NCBI GenBank assembly: GCA_965113315.1
Contig: OZ220364.1
Length of the DNA stretch: 64,000 nt
Reading direction: 5' to 3' (one strand)
Source of the DNA: Podarcis vaucheri
Lineage: Eukaryota
This document shows, one piece after another, positions 62,481-64,000 of the stretch. The translations under genes and the position numbers were made by a program. The stretch's first letter is position 1. Each line of letters starts with the position of its first letter. The notes beneath the pieces are model-generated. The model worked only from the letters and a program-made list of their open reading frames with translations, ran no database searches and was not told where the DNA came from.

Positions 62481-64000
62481 TAGACAGGAATAAACAAAAG
62501 AGGCAAAACAACTGACTAGTTTTAACAAGAGAGAAAGGAGAGAAGATTCTTTGGTAACTAGCATCATACAAAGTTATAGCCAATATGGTGCCAACATTTG
62601 GAGGATTTTGATATTTTATTGTCTATATATATATATATTTATATATATATTTAAAAATCATATAATTGAAATTAAATATGTTTGATAGATTGTATATGTA
62701 TTGCTTTAGGGCTATACAGTTACATATACACATATACACACATATATATCCTCATATTTATACATATACATATATATATGTATGTTTGGCAGGTTATATG
62801 GACATCTCTCTCTTATTACGATATTAACAACAAAAATAAACCACATGCTCTGCTCATACAGAAAGAGAATTACCAAAACAATATTTTGTAAGAAAAATTA
62901 TCTTTCAGGCATCAACATGGCCAAACCAGGGTCCTTTATGAAGACAGTCCAACCAAAGACTTACCCATCAGATAGAGGTAAAATGCAATGCATTGTCGAG
63001 AGTGCAGCAGCTGCCTTCTAGCTGACAGTGGTCTCAAAGCACTGCAATAGCCATCCCTCCCTAGTCCAAACATAGAACACACCCTCCAGATTTCATAGAT
63101 GCAACCATAGCAAGCACAGAGCAGCATATGTGCTCTGCCAATGCTGAATTTCCAGCTCTATTGGCTGATTGCTTGAAGTTGTCTTTCTACCTGCCTGTCA
63201 GTTTGTGATATGTCCAGTACTCTCTCTCATCTGCTTAACAGGCATTCAGCTTAAATGGCTTTATTAAAACAAAGAACTAGTTGTGCAAACAGGGCGTATG
63301 CTAGATTAAGTTAAAGCTGTGCCCAGATGGGCCTCTTGAAAGTCTCCAGCCTATTTCTGAACAGAGAAATTGGGAGGATCATTTCACTGATTTTTCCCAG
63401 TGTGAGAGGAGAAATCCTCCATTTATTTCTCTAGAATGGAGATCACCATTCACAGTGGCAGGTACAGTTTCTCCACCCCTCCCAGCCAGTTCTTTTTCTG
63501 ATGCTGCTAGAAATTAAAGCAGCCACAAATGTGTTGGCCACCTTGCCACCAATTAGCGTTCCCTACAACGCCACAGACCAACAGTTATTCTGGGGCAGTG
63601 TGTGTTTAGATGGCAGCCACCGCAAAAAAAGAAAAGAAAAAGAATGGTGGTGAATATTTGGAGAAAATTTTGCATTGTAGTCTTGCTTTTCTTAGGAATG
63701 TTTGGAGTGGGGGTGAGAGAAAAAGGAAAGACTCAAAAATATTCTCAGCAAAGTGTCTAAACTGCAGAAAAGAGCAGCTGCGAGGGGTGCTCAGCTGGAA
63801 TGGCACAGTTGCTGAAGAAACAGCCAATTTACCAGTCTTCAAGGAAAGCAATAACTTGTATACCAGTTTGTTAAATTGTATTTTATTTTTCTACTGGGCT
63901 GGATGATTTTCAGTGGTGAGATGCAACAGAAGAGCGGTATCATACACCTTTAATAGTTGTGTAGAAGATGGAATTTCAAGATAGAGATTTCTAAATATAT

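Overview
This is vertebrate genomic DNA, very probably from a squamate (the repeat content suggests a lacertid lizard; that is inference). It covers the conserved CYB561D2(+) / TMEM115(-) / CACNA2D2(-) block. The window holds the last two coding exons of CYB561D2, the complete two-exon CDS of TMEM115 with its CpG-island promoter, and the last 16 coding exons (about 480 aa) plus a probably long 3'UTR of CACNA2D2. All exon phases join without frameshift. The rest is intron and intergenic DNA containing hAT and Tc1/mariner MITEs, a 5'-truncated L1 with an 18-bp TSD, a solo LTR, CR1/L2/RTE remnants, SINEs and microsatellites. I found no prokaryote-type system (CRISPR, operon, defence locus) and no clearly new gene. 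The most notable observations are: a U12-type (minor spliceosome) intron just before the GPI-anchor exons of CACNA2D2; a young 1.43-kb non-autonomous hAT element carrying GC-shifted SINE cargo and forming a second CpG island near the TMEM115 promoter; a sense-oriented intronic L1 with three TGG>TAG stops; an inverted MITE pair in the TMEM115 intron; and a strong-Kozak uORF in the TMEM115 leader.
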